Shown here piece after piece: positions 17,900 through 27,439 of a stretch of DNA of 64,000 nt (the stretch's first letter is position 1; each line of letters begins with the position of its first letter). The translations under genes and the position numbers were made by a program. Origin of the DNA: an uncultured Alphaproteobacteria bacterium (GTDB lineage Bacteria > Pseudomonadota > Alphaproteobacteria > UBA828). The notes beneath the pieces are model-generated. The model did no database searches. It saw only the letters and a list, made by a program, of their open reading frames with translations, and was not told where the DNA came from. The stretch covers positions 2,785 through 66,784 of the forward strand of contig CAJXFT010000001.1 of assembly GCA_913053235.1 (NCBI GenBank), read 5' to 3'.

Positions 17900-19324
17900 T
17901 CAATCGAAGGCCAGTTCCTGCACGGTTTGCAAATTGCTGTAGCCCGCTTGATCGAGATCGCCGAGAGCGCCGGATTCAAGCGCCGCCTTCAACTCACGCA
18001 CGCCGGCCGCGACATCGGTTTCGATTTCGAAGGCCAGCGCCCCGTGCAGCTTGACGCAATTCACCCGATAGTTTCTCGCATCGACCGAGCTGTTGATTCG
18101 GTTGACGGTGAGGCCGGGAAAAACCGCGCCGACGATATCGCCGATCGCGTTGATGGTGTAGTTCTGTTCGCTGTCGCCGACATTGAAGATCTCGGCGCGC
18201 ACCGAATCGAGCGGCGCATCGAGCACGCCGACGATGGCGCGCGCGACGTCGCCGACATGAACATGGGGGCGCCATTGCTCGCCGCCGAAAAGATCGATGG
18301 CGCCGCGCGTGAGCGCATGTTTGGTCAGGGTGTTGACGACGAGATCGAAGCGCGCCCGGGGCGAGCAGCCATAGACGGTGCCGAGCCTGAGAATCGTCGG
18401 CGCGAACAATTGATTGGGCCGGCGCGCCATCGACAGCACCGCCTCCTCGACCATTAATTTGATCTTGCCGTAAAGGCTGACCGGCGCGGTCGCGGAGAGC
18501 TCGGTCAGAAACTCATCGGGGTTGGTGCTGGCGCCGTAAACGCTGCATGAGGAGGTATAGACGAAACGGTTGATGTTGAGATATTCGCAGAGCTGGGCGA
18601 GCGCCGTAACGGCGAGATAATTTGTCTTCAGCGCCGTTTGCGGCGCCTGGCTCACGGCGGGATCGCCGACCAGCTCGGCCAGATAGACGACCGCATCGAC
18701 GCCCTCGACCACCTCGACGAGTGTGTCTATGTTCTTGGCGTCGCCGGTCACGATATCGATTTCGCCGGCCAGCCCGCTCAGCGATTGGCGGCCATAGAGA
18801 AAGACATCGAGCACCCGCACCGCCCAGCCGTCGACGAGCAGTTTGCGCACCAGAACCGAGCCTATGTAACCGGCGCCGCCGACCACCAGAACGGTGCGCC
18901 GGCGCGGCGAAAAATCGCTGCCGGGCGCGCGCATCAACAGCGACTGCACGTCGATCATGCCGAGCGGACGGCGCCCGCCATCGACCACCGGAACCATGAC
19001 ATGCATCTGTTCGGTGGCGTAGAGCGCCTTGAGGCGGGCGAGCGCCGCATCGGCGCTTTCAGCGCTCTCCAGCTCGCTCCCGAGAATGGTCACGGGCGTC
19101 CTGTTCATCACCTCGTCGAGAGCCGTCGAGCGCACCTGGCCATTCAGAATGGCGCGCCGCAAATCGCCGGCGGAAACGATTCCACAAAGCCGCCCGTCAT
19201 CACCGACAACCGCGACAATCGCGCCGTAGCGATCGCCCAGACTCTCAAACGCCTTGGATATGGGTTCATCCGGGCCAAGCGCGGGCAACGGCGCAAGTCG
19301 GTCGATTTTCGATATTTCAGTCAT
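17900..19324 (-). CDS. CBS-domain pair fused to an NAD-dependent epimerase/dehydratase (extended SDR)
   Basis: N-terminal ~130 aa form tandem CBS domains. The remainder has VVGGAGYIGS Rossmann, YTSSCSVYG and YGKIK (YxxxK) motifs. Confidence 0.75.
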   Translation of the reverse strand: MTEISKIDRLAPLPALGPDEPISKAFESLGDRYGAIVAVVGDDGRLCGIVSAGDLRRAILNGQVRSTALDEVMNRTPVTILGSELESAESADAALARLKALYATEQMHVMVPVVDGGRRPLGMIDVQSLLMRAPGSDFSPRRRTVLVVGGAGYIGSVLVRKLLVDGWAVRVLDVFLYGRQSLSGLAGEIDIVTGDAKNIDTLVEVVEGVDAVVYLAELVGDPAVSQAPQTALKTNYLAVTALAQLCEYLNINRFVYTSSCSVYGASTNPDEFLTELSATAPVSLYGKIKLMVEEAVLSMARRPNQLFAPTILRLGTVYGCSPRARFDLVVNTLTKHALTRGAIDLFGGEQWRPHVHVGDVARAIVGVLDAPLDSVRAEIFNVGDSEQNYTINAIGDIVGAVFPGLTVNRINSSVDARNYRVNCVKLHGALAFEIETDVAAGVRELKAALESGALGDLDQAGYSNLQTVQELAFD

Positions 19325-19366
19325 TGTTCAATGCTGGGTTCAATGCCGGCGGCGGCGGCGAATTGC

Positions 19367-19810
19367 TCAACGCGGAATCACCGTCCACGGGTTCCAGTAG
19401 TCGAACGGGTAACGCACATCGTCATCGAGGCTTTCGCCGAGCGCCACGGTGGAAAAAAACAGCAGCCGCGTGTCGGGCCTGAGCGTCATGAAGCCATGGG
19501 CATAGCCGCCGGGCACATAGAGCACGCCCGGCCGGTCTTCGGCGAGCACGAATTTATTGATTTCCAGCGCCGCATCGGGCGCCTCCCAATCATCGACCTC
19601 GACCGCCGCCACGAGCGCCGCGCCGCTCGCCACATAGACATATTTGGCTTCCTGTTTGTGGGCGTGCCAGGCGCGGACAAAGCGCGTTTCATGATTGGAG
19701 ACGACATAAAACCGGCGCACCGCCGCCATGTCGAAATCATTGCAAAATTGCAGCTTGCCGCGATCGTCCATAGCGGCGCCACCGGCGATAAAATTAAGGT
19801 CGCTGTTCAT
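19367..19810 (-). CDS. WxcM/FdtA-like cupin (dTDP-4-keto-6-deoxyhexose 3,4-isomerase family)
   Basis: 147-aa cupin with RFVRAWHAHKQ...VPGGYAHGF resembling the FdtA family. Confidence 0.65.
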   Translation of the reverse strand: MNSDLNFIAGGAAMDDRGKLQFCNDFDMAAVRRFYVVSNHETRFVRAWHAHKQEAKYVYVASGAALVAAVEVDDWEAPDAALEINKFVLAEDRPGVLYVPGGYAHGFMTLRPDTRLLFFSTVALGESLDDDVRYPFDYWNPWTVIPR

Positions 19811-19835
19811 CCGGTCCTTCCAATGTCGGCTTTTT

Positions 19836-21674
19836 TCATTTCACATCTTCGCCCGGGTCCGAAGCGGCGTTCATATCCACCGGCCCTTGCTGCTTGGCGA
19901 AGGCCGAGGCGTACCAGCCGCCGCGCGCCAACAGCTCCGCGTGGCTTCCCGTATCGCTAACACAGCCGGCCTCCATAATCACGATTTGATCGGCGATCGC
20001 GACCGTCGACAGGCGATGGCCGACGACGATAATGGTCATGTCGGTTTCCCGGCGAATGCGCTCCAGCGCGGCGCGAAACGCCGCTTCGGCGTCGGCGTCC
20101 AGATTGCTCGTCGGTTCGTCGAGAACGAGAATCGGCGCGCCGCGCACCAGGGTGCGGGCGAGGTCGAGACGCTGACGCTGGCCGCCTGAAAGCCGCACGC
20201 CATCTTCACCGACCGGTGAATCATAACCCTCGGGCAGGGCCTCGATAAACTCATGGGCACCGGCGAGGCGGGCGGCGGCCTCGATATCGCGCCGCGCCGC
20301 GCCCGCCCCGCCATAGGCGATATGCGCCGCGGCGCTGGCATTGAACACTTGCGGTGTCTGCGGCGCATAGGCGATGGCGGCGCGCAGGCTCTTCAATTCA
20401 AATTCGGACTGCGGCGTTCCATCGAAGAATATTTGCCCGGCGCTGGGCTCGCGCAGCAGCGGCAGGAGGTCGATCAAGGTCGATTTACCGGCGCCCGACG
20501 GCCCCACCAGGGCGGTAATACGGCCGCTCGGAATGGTCAGGTCGATGCCGTTCAGGGCAGCCGTATTGGCGCCGCCATAGGCGAAACTGACGGTTTGGAA
20601 TTCGATGCCGGCGTGAAGTGCCTTGAAGGGCCGCACGCCGGATTCACTTTCGCGCGCCCGCGCCATCTGGTCGAAGCGGCGTTGCAGCGCCGCGAGGCTG
20701 CCGACGAACGACACCAGAGCCTGGCGCGTGCCCATCACTTCGCGCACCCGCGGCATCAGCCGGAGAATGGCGGCGAGGAACAGGCCGATCTCGCCGAGCG
20801 ACAATTCGAAGACGATGAAGCCGAAATAAAGAAAGCCCAGGATCGCCACGGCGCCGAGAATTTCGACCACCGCCGCGACCCGTGCGCCGAGCGCCAGAAC
20901 GTGCACATAGCGGCCATATTGGCGCCGTGCAATCTGCTTCATGGTGCCGGATTCGGCCACTTCGGTACCGGACAGGCGAATGAAGCGGTGCGATTTGAGG
21001 CGCTCCACAAGGAAGCTGCCAAGCGCCTGATTGGCCTCGGTAACTTGTTCACCGACATCGCGGCTCTTGCGGATCATGCCGCGCACGCCGAGCGCGGCGA
21101 GCGCCACGATGGGAAGAATCGCCAGCGCCATCGGCGGCGAAACCGCCAGCGCCAGTCCAAAATAGGACAGTATAAGAATCGTTCCGCCGATCAGAGTGAG
21201 GACCTGAAAGACGCAGCTCGACGCGCGTTCCGCCTCGGTCGTGAAATCGTTCACGGCCTGGCCAAGCTCATCCCCCTCGCTATAGGAGAGGCGGGTGTCG
21301 AGATAGCGGCGAAAGGCCCGCTCCCGCACCTCACGGATGACGCCAAAGCGCGCCGCACCGGCATAAACCGTGCGGCCATAAACAAAGCCGATGCCGGCGC
21401 ACAAAAACAACAGCGACGCCAGCAACAGCGAAGGCAGCGAGATCTCTATGCCGAGCCCGTCAAAAACCGCGACCAGAAACCGCCAAATGGTCGATTGGCC
21501 GGCCAGGGCGCCGACATCGCCGCTGCCTTCGAGATAATCGAGAATCGGCAGAATCATGCCGATGCCGATGCCCTCGAACAACACGCTGACGAGGTCGAGG
21601 CAGAGTATCGCCAGCGCCGTCGAACGCGCCAAGCCGAGTTGGCGGCAAGTGTCGAAGAATGCTCGGGGAGACAT
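19836..21674 (-). CDS. ABC transporter, fused permease/ATP-binding (MsbA/PglK-type exporter)
   Basis: Six predicted TM helices followed by an NBD with Walker A GPSGAGKST, signature LSGGQRQRLDLAR and Walker B ILVLDEPTSNLDA. Confidence 0.85.
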   Translation of the reverse strand: MSPRAFFDTCRQLGLARSTALAILCLDLVSVLFEGIGIGMILPILDYLEGSGDVGALAGQSTIWRFLVAVFDGLGIEISLPSLLLASLLFLCAGIGFVYGRTVYAGAARFGVIREVRERAFRRYLDTRLSYSEGDELGQAVNDFTTEAERASSCVFQVLTLIGGTILILSYFGLALAVSPPMALAILPIVALAALGVRGMIRKSRDVGEQVTEANQALGSFLVERLKSHRFIRLSGTEVAESGTMKQIARRQYGRYVHVLALGARVAAVVEILGAVAILGFLYFGFIVFELSLGEIGLFLAAILRLMPRVREVMGTRQALVSFVGSLAALQRRFDQMARARESESGVRPFKALHAGIEFQTVSFAYGGANTAALNGIDLTIPSGRITALVGPSGAGKSTLIDLLPLLREPSAGQIFFDGTPQSEFELKSLRAAIAYAPQTPQVFNASAAAHIAYGGAGAARRDIEAAARLAGAHEFIEALPEGYDSPVGEDGVRLSGGQRQRLDLARTLVRGAPILVLDEPTSNLDADAEAAFRAALERIRRETDMTIIVVGHRLSTVAIADQIVIMEAGCVSDTGSHAELLARGGWYASAFAKQQGPVDMNAASDPGEDVK

Positions 21675-21687
21675 TTTTTTTGTTCCG

Positions 21688-22380
21688 TTATCGGGGCGGC
21701 GGCGCTGCCTGCCCGCTCAGAAGCGCCTGGGCAAGACGCCAATCCGCCTCGGTATCGACATCGACCGATGCAACGCTATCCATCTCCAATGGCAGCGTTG
21801 CCGGCGGAAAAAGCGTACCATGGCGACGCAGCGAGACGCTGCGAATCAGATAGAGCGTTCCATTGGGAACGAACAGCGGCGCGGCACTTTCGGACGGTGC
21901 AAGCGGGGTCAGAAAACCGCCGGCATCGAGCGGGAAAATCCGGTTCGCTCCAAGGCCGAGGCGCCGCACCCCGACCACCGCATCAGCCTCGTCACGCCGG
22001 GCGAGCAGCGCCACCGCGGCGCGCAACATATCGGCGCTCCGCATCGGCGAGGTGGTTTGCAGCAACAGCACAAGTTCGGGATCTCGGCCGCTATCGCGGC
22101 GCCACCAATCGAGCGCATGGAGCAAGACAGGCAAGGTCGGCGCGCTATCTCCGGCCAGTGCCGCCGGGCGCAAGAACGGCGCCTGCCAGCCCAACGCGCG
22201 GCCGCGCCCGGCGATCTCTTCGTCATCGGTGGTCAGCAATACCGGTGCGCCAAGATCCGCCTCGCCAATCGCATCCTGGGTACGTTCAAGCAAATTGCGC
22301 CCGGCCAGCAGGCGGGTGTGCTTGCCGGGCAGCCGCTTCGAGCCGCCGCGCACCGGAATGATTATCAGCAGATCGCTCAC
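21688..22380 (-). CDS. CMP-nonulosonic acid synthetase (acylneuraminate cytidylyltransferase family, NeuA/LegF-like)
   Basis: LLIIIPVRGGSKRLPGK. GTG at 22380 has an AAGGTGG RBS and a GTGA overlap with the upstream stop. The ATG at 22425 is an alternative start. Confidence 0.75.
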   Translation of the reverse strand: MSDLLIIIPVRGGSKRLPGKHTRLLAGRNLLERTQDAIGEADLGAPVLLTTDDEEIAGRGRALGWQAPFLRPAALAGDSAPTLPVLLHALDWWRRDSGRDPELVLLLQTTSPMRSADMLRAAVALLARRDEADAVVGVRRLGLGANRIFPLDAGGFLTPLAPSESAAPLFVPNGTLYLIRSVSLRRHGTLFPPATLPLEMDSVASVDVDTEADWRLAQALLSGQAAPPPR

Positions 22381-23636
22381 GCCACCTTGTGCCGGAGTTC
22401 CCAGCCCTCGTTGGTCTTGCGCCACAGATGGGGCGAGCGGAAGCGATCCGCGATGTCGAAAAATTCCTCTTCATCAAGGCTCAGATATTCGAGAAATTCG
22501 GGAAAATATTTACGCGGAAATTCTTCATCGTAACGCCGCACCAGGGCCACCGCCTCGTCGCGCTCAATATGTCGGTTGCGAATCTCCTGGCTCGCATCGT
22601 AAGTGGCGCGGCCAATTCCAAACTTGACCAGCGTTGTCCAGTAGTGGAACGGGTCGGTTTTGTCGTCGATGGAATTATATTTCGAATAGGTTCCTTCGGT
22701 GCGCTCGCTGTTCGCTTCAAACTGTATATGTTCAACGGCGTAATAATAATTTTGCTGTGGCGTCCATTTCAAATAATAGCCGAGGTAATGGACCTCGATC
22801 TCGCCGGCGTCGAGCGCCGCGGGGTCGGCCGGCAAATAAGGCTCGAGCTGGGTCGGCTCGATACCGTGCTCGGGCATCCGCGACAATGGCACCCCGCCCA
22901 GATAGATCGAGTCCAAATCGCCGGTTTCGGCCGAGAAATATTCCGCCCTGCGTTGCGCCTCGGTATTTTCGCCGATCGGATTGCCGTATTCGGCCTCGTT
23001 CTCGCCATAAAATACGAGCGGCAGATCGAAGCGCTGCGCCACCTTGGGGGCAAAATTTTTCTGGCCCAGGATGAATGGCTGAAAGGGGTGAAGCAGATTT
23101 ATGTAGGCGAGGCGCGTTAGTTTTCTGTGGATCTCGCCATTCGGCGTGAACAGGTAATTATCGAAACCGCCTTTGTGAATCCAATTTTCGAAATTGCGCC
23201 AACCGACATTGGTGTAGAGGTGCGGCGCCCATGTGCATGTCAGCGGATGCATGCCGTATTCGGCTTTGAGGGTATGCGAGGCGAAAACGGAATCCTTGCC
23301 GCCCGAGCCGGGTACGAGACAGTCGTAAGAGCCGTTGCGGGAACGATAACGATCGCACAGCTCGCGCAGTTTGGCTTCGCGCTCGCGCCAATCGACAGCG
23401 GCGTTTTTTCGCTCGGCGTAACGACAGGCATCGCACATACCGGCATCATCGAATCCGATGGTCGTTTTTTTCGAATCGGGCCGATGCCGGAATTCGGCCG
23501 CCGATGACGGCCGCTGGTTGGAGATAACACAATTCGTGCAGAACTTGACCTCGGGCGGCAACCCGTATTTTACCTCAAGCGATCCCTCATGCGGATGCTC
23601 GACGAAGGTCTTTCCACCCTCTTCAAACGACGCCAT
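22377..23636 (-). CDS. N-acetyl-sugar amidotransferase (WbuX/WbpG family, PP-loop ATPase)
   Basis: PP-loop LVPGSGGKDSVFAS. ATG at 23636 is preceded by GGAGGA. It is followed by HisH/HisF-like partners. Confidence 0.8.
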   Translation of the reverse strand: MASFEEGGKTFVEHPHEGSLEVKYGLPPEVKFCTNCVISNQRPSSAAEFRHRPDSKKTTIGFDDAGMCDACRYAERKNAAVDWREREAKLRELCDRYRSRNGSYDCLVPGSGGKDSVFASHTLKAEYGMHPLTCTWAPHLYTNVGWRNFENWIHKGGFDNYLFTPNGEIHRKLTRLAYINLLHPFQPFILGQKNFAPKVAQRFDLPLVFYGENEAEYGNPIGENTEAQRRAEYFSAETGDLDSIYLGGVPLSRMPEHGIEPTQLEPYLPADPAALDAGEIEVHYLGYYLKWTPQQNYYYAVEHIQFEANSERTEGTYSKYNSIDDKTDPFHYWTTLVKFGIGRATYDASQEIRNRHIERDEAVALVRRYDEEFPRKYFPEFLEYLSLDEEEFFDIADRFRSPHLWRKTNEGWELRHKVA

Positions 23637-23640
23637 TGCC

Positions 23641-24312
23641 TTAATTTCCTCCGATCGAACTCGTTTGAGGGCGCGCCAGATCGGCATCTCCCCGATCGAC
23701 GAAACGCGCCAACAGGGCGAGGCCGGCCTCGCCGCTGCGCTCGGGATGAAACTGGCAGCCGCATATCGCGCCGTGGCGCACGATCGCCGGCACGTCGAGG
23801 CCATTCACGCGCACCGTCGCCACGACATTGTCGACGTCCTCCACGGCCATGCCGAATGAATGCGTAAAATACATCATCTCGGCGTCGCCAAATTCCCGGG
23901 TCAACGCATCCGCCCGGCATGATTCGAGTCGCCGCCACCCGACATTGGGTATTCGAACGGCCTCCGCATCGTCGGCCCGTGGCGCCGGCAGCCGCCGAAC
24001 GGTGCCGGGGATAAAGCCGAGCCCCTCATGGCGCCCGAATTCATCGCCCGCCACGGCCAGTATCTGCATGCCGAGGCAGATTCCGAGCAGCGGCGTTCCG
24101 GCCCGCACGGCGCCCTGCAAAGGCGCCACGAGATCGCGCGCCCGAAGCGCCGCCATCGAAGCGCCAAATGCACCAACGCCCGGTAGAATAAGGCTATCAG
24201 CCCGGCGCACCAGTGCCGCTTGATCGGAGATACAGTGGCGTGCCCCGTTCCGGTCAAGCGCCTTGCTCAGGCTGAATAGATTTCCCCGGCCGTAATCGAC
24301 AATGACGATCAT
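23641..24312 (-). CDS. Glutamine amidotransferase, HisH-like (WbuY-type)
   Basis: MIVIVDYGRGNLFSL...GICLGMQIL...FHPE class-I GATase triad. ATG at 24312 overlaps the upstream stop. Confidence 0.85.
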   Translation of the reverse strand: MIVIVDYGRGNLFSLSKALDRNGARHCISDQAALVRRADSLILPGVGAFGASMAALRARDLVAPLQGAVRAGTPLLGICLGMQILAVAGDEFGRHEGLGFIPGTVRRLPAPRADDAEAVRIPNVGWRRLESCRADALTREFGDAEMMYFTHSFGMAVEDVDNVVATVRVNGLDVPAIVRHGAICGCQFHPERSGEAGLALLARFVDRGDADLARPQTSSIGGN

Positions 24313-25085
24313 AGCCGCGCCCCATGCCCCGCCGCGACGAGCGCTTGCTTTACCGCTCCGATCGGCGCCACATCGTAATGAAATATCGACGCGCAACAGA
24401 CGGCGTCGCAGTCGGACTCGGCGACCAGGTCGACGACATCATCCGCTTGCCCGGCGCCACCGCAGGCGATCACCGGAACCTGAACGCGCTCGCGCACCGC
24501 CGCGATAAGTTCCTTATCGAAGCCGCGCCGCGTGCCTTCCATATCGACCGAGGTGAGCAGAATTTCGCCGACGCCGAGTTGCTCCGCTTCAACCACCCAA
24601 TCGAGCACGTCCACGCCGCTGGTTTCGCGCCCATTGTCGGTCAGCGCCTCCCAGCGGTCCGGCGCACGCCGTTTTGCCTCGACCGAAAGCAGGATGCATT
24701 GACTGCCGAATATGGTGGCCGCTTCGCCGAGGAATTCCGGGCGGGCGATTGCCGCCGTGTTCACGGCGACCTTGTCGGCGCCGCTTCTGAGCGCCGCGAC
24801 GATGTCTTCGACCGTGCGAATGCCGCCGCCGACGGTCATTGGAACGAACACTTCGCGCGCCGCTTCCTCAACGACTGAAAGAATATTGTTGCGGCCGTAA
24901 AGCGATGCCACGACGTCCATGTAAAGAATTTCATCGGCGCCCGTCTTGTAGTAGCGCCGGGCGATTTCTCCGGGCGATCCGATGACACGCAAGCCCTCGA
25001 GATGCACGCCCTTGATGACATTCGCTCCCTTGATATCGAGCCGCGCGATGATGCGCACGGGAATCGGTGCCGCTGTTCGGCTCAT
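24309..25085 (-). CDS. Imidazole-glycerol-phosphate-synthase cyclase-like subunit, HisF-like (WbuZ-type)
   Basis: VRIIARLDIKGANVIKGVHLEGLRVIGSPGE...VPMTVGGGIR TIM-barrel HisF signature. Confidence 0.85.
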   Translation of the reverse strand: MSRTAAPIPVRIIARLDIKGANVIKGVHLEGLRVIGSPGEIARRYYKTGADEILYMDVVASLYGRNNILSVVEEAAREVFVPMTVGGGIRTVEDIVAALRSGADKVAVNTAAIARPEFLGEAATIFGSQCILLSVEAKRRAPDRWEALTDNGRETSGVDVLDWVVEAEQLGVGEILLTSVDMEGTRRGFDKELIAAVRERVQVPVIACGGAGQADDVVDLVAESDCDAVCCASIFHYDVAPIGAVKQALVAAGHGARL

Positions 25086-25095
25086 CGGCCACAGC

Positions 25096-25923
25096 TCATC
25101 GGCTCGTGCGCCGGCGCCATGCGACCGCCGCCTCGACCGCTTCGGTTGCCGGCAAAAGCACCGTTCGCGCCGCCCCGACAGTGCCGAGGCGGGCGATCCC
25201 CTTGTCGATCAACATCGCCATGCCGTCGTCGAACCAGTCGATCGGGTAATTCACATCGCTATATTCAGCCCATTCCCGATGCCCCTCGACAGTGACGGGA
25301 GATCGCCTGGTCACGCGCTCGGCGCCACCGACCAGATGCTGCGTCAGATGAAAGAGGGCCGTCGTGTCGTAAGGCGCGCCGAGCAACAATACCTTGCCGC
25401 CGAGCGCCATCAATTGACCGAGCGGCGAATCCGGTCCGAAACGGTTGTCGAGCGGGTGCGCGCCGACGAGCGCGCCGGCGTCCGGTCCGAGCGCGGCAAA
25501 GGAGGATTGCGGATGCGGGCTGCGAACGACGCCCGGCTGATGGCGGAAAAGTTCCGGCACGACGCCCATGCCGCGGGTCGGAGTCCGCGACGCGTCATAA
25601 GCCGGCATTTCGCCGCGGATCGTTTCCACCCATTCGCTCGGCACCGCCGGGTGCGCCCATTCCGCGGGGTCGGAGAGATCGCCCGAATAGGTCGGCATCA
25701 TCAGCGTTCCAGCTTCGCCGACACTGGCGCTCAGGCCCTCAATGATGGTTCGCGCACCGCCGATCACGAAGCCAAGGCTCTTCATCGAAAGATGCACACA
25801 CAAGACATCACCCGCGCGCACACCGATGCCATGCAGATCGGCGGTGAACGAATGGGGCGTGACGAGCGTCGCGGAATGGGACGCCATCTCGCGCCCGCTC
25901 GATGAAACCGGCTTCACCATCAC
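25096..25923 (-). CDS. AAC(3)-family N-acetyltransferase (aminoglycoside-3-N-acetyltransferase fold)
   Basis: HSFTADLHGIGVRAGDVLCVHLSMKSLGFVIGG...TLMMPTYS is colinear with AAC(3) enzymes. Start may be at M13 (25887). Confidence 0.65.
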   Translation of the reverse strand: MMVKPVSSSGREMASHSATLVTPHSFTADLHGIGVRAGDVLCVHLSMKSLGFVIGGARTIIEGLSASVGEAGTLMMPTYSGDLSDPAEWAHPAVPSEWVETIRGEMPAYDASRTPTRGMGVVPELFRHQPGVVRSPHPQSSFAALGPDAGALVGAHPLDNRFGPDSPLGQLMALGGKVLLLGAPYDTTALFHLTQHLVGGAERVTRRSPVTVEGHREWAEYSDVNYPIDWFDDGMAMLIDKGIARLGTVGAARTVLLPATEAVEAAVAWRRRTSR

Positions 25924-27422
25924 CCCGACCGCGCCAGCACCGAAGGTTTGCTTTCGAAGCTCCGATAGAGCGCCTGGGTCGCCTCGTCGACGGCCTCGGG
26001 ATCGAAACTTTTGAGATCGATATAATCATAGCCGCGCAGATCGAAACTCATGCCGATCATGGCCTCGAGAAAGCGCGCACCATCGCGAAGCGCCTTTTCA
26101 GTATCGAATTCAGCGGTCAGCGCCGCGGCAAGATAATCCTTGAGGCGGGTCTCGTCGCTGACGGTCCAGACATGCGGCAACAGGGCGAAGAGATTGTGCC
26201 GCCCGAAGCTGATGACCGGCTTGCCGAGGGCGGCCGCTTCGAATCCGGCGGTTCCGGTTATCGTGACCACCGCCTTCGCACGGCGCACGATATCAAGGCC
26301 GGGCTCGAGTGTTTCGAGAAGGATGACATTCTTGAGGTCGCGGATCTGGTCATAGAAATCGCTCGGGCGGCGGCCGAGGGAATAGGGCGTGTCTTTCACG
26401 ACAAGCTTGTATCCGGCGGGCAGATCCCGCGATATCGCGGCAATGGCGGCATGTTGATAAAAATATTCGGGCGACAGCGTCTGAAGCGCCATTTCCGGCT
26501 CGGTATGCAGCGGGAAGAACACGAAAGGCTTGTCGCCGAGGCTTTCCAAATTGGGCATGTGGGAACCGATATAGCGGGCCAGGTCGCGCTGCAGGCGAAG
26601 CTCATAAACCAGCCGTTCGCGCAACAGATAACCGCGCGCCTTCTCATAGCGCCGCAGGCGCCAATAGATATGGCGGGCGACGATGAGAAGCAGCCGCTTG
26701 GGCAAATTTCGCCAGCGTTTTTTTGCCAGAAAAGCATCGCGGATCGTGCGGTGCGAAAGATAGGGCCTGTCCATCGCCGCCGCGACGTCGAGGTCGCCCG
26801 AAGTACTGGCAAAGGCGGCGTCGAGTTCATCGGTTTCGAAATATTCGTCTTGCGCCCAATAGTGATAATTTTGAACGCGCGCGCCGGCGATCTGGCGAAA
26901 CGGGATGCCCATGCTTCTGGCGATCACCGCCAGCACCTTGCCGCCCTGGATAATCACGCTCGGCTGCTTGAGGTAAAACTGATTTCGCCAATATGCAAAA
27001 AGCCCGTTGTAAGCCTGCAGCATCTGAACATAGTCGGTGCCCTCGGAGTAGCGCGAACGGGGATGATGGTAGCCGGCCAAGGCATAGCCGCGGCCGAGAT
27101 GGCGGTCGGAAATGTTGATATGGTTATATGTACAGCCCAGCCAATTTTCATTCTTTCGCGCCTCGGCAACGACTTTCGCCTCGTCGAGATCCTGCGCGCC
27201 CACGGCATCATATAGGCGGAACGCGATTTCGATCGTCTCGAACAGGCCGGGCTCGGAATTCTGGCGATAAAAACTTTCCTCCTGAGGGGTTGTGACATAG
27301 AGGTGCAGCTTGCTGTTCTTCTGCGCATGCAGGCGGCGCGCCAGGGCGAGCAAGACATAGCGATATTGTGAATGCGCCACCAGAAAGACGCGGCGAAACG
27401 GTTTGCCCGCGCCTTGATTCAT
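25920..27422 (-). CDS. Capsule-polysaccharide-biosynthesis-family protein (KpsS/KpsC-like, Capsule_synth); possibly a nonulosonic-acid glycosyltransferase
   Basis: ORF 25920..27842 is trimmed to ATG 27422 (MNQGAGKPFRRVFLV...). FFPLHTEPEMAL ... LVVKDTPYSL resembles the Capsule_synth family. Assignment is tentative. Confidence 0.45.
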   Translation of the reverse strand: MNQGAGKPFRRVFLVAHSQYRYVLLALARRLHAQKNSKLHLYVTTPQEESFYRQNSEPGLFETIEIAFRLYDAVGAQDLDEAKVVAEARKNENWLGCTYNHINISDRHLGRGYALAGYHHPRSRYSEGTDYVQMLQAYNGLFAYWRNQFYLKQPSVIIQGGKVLAVIARSMGIPFRQIAGARVQNYHYWAQDEYFETDELDAAFASTSGDLDVAAAMDRPYLSHRTIRDAFLAKKRWRNLPKRLLLIVARHIYWRLRRYEKARGYLLRERLVYELRLQRDLARYIGSHMPNLESLGDKPFVFFPLHTEPEMALQTLSPEYFYQHAAIAAISRDLPAGYKLVVKDTPYSLGRRPSDFYDQIRDLKNVILLETLEPGLDIVRRAKAVVTITGTAGFEAAALGKPVISFGRHNLFALLPHVWTVSDETRLKDYLAAALTAEFDTEKALRDGARFLEAMIGMSFDLRGYDYIDLKSFDPEAVDEATQALYRSFESKPSVLARSG

Positions 27423-27439
27423 GGCGCTCTCATGGCGCT

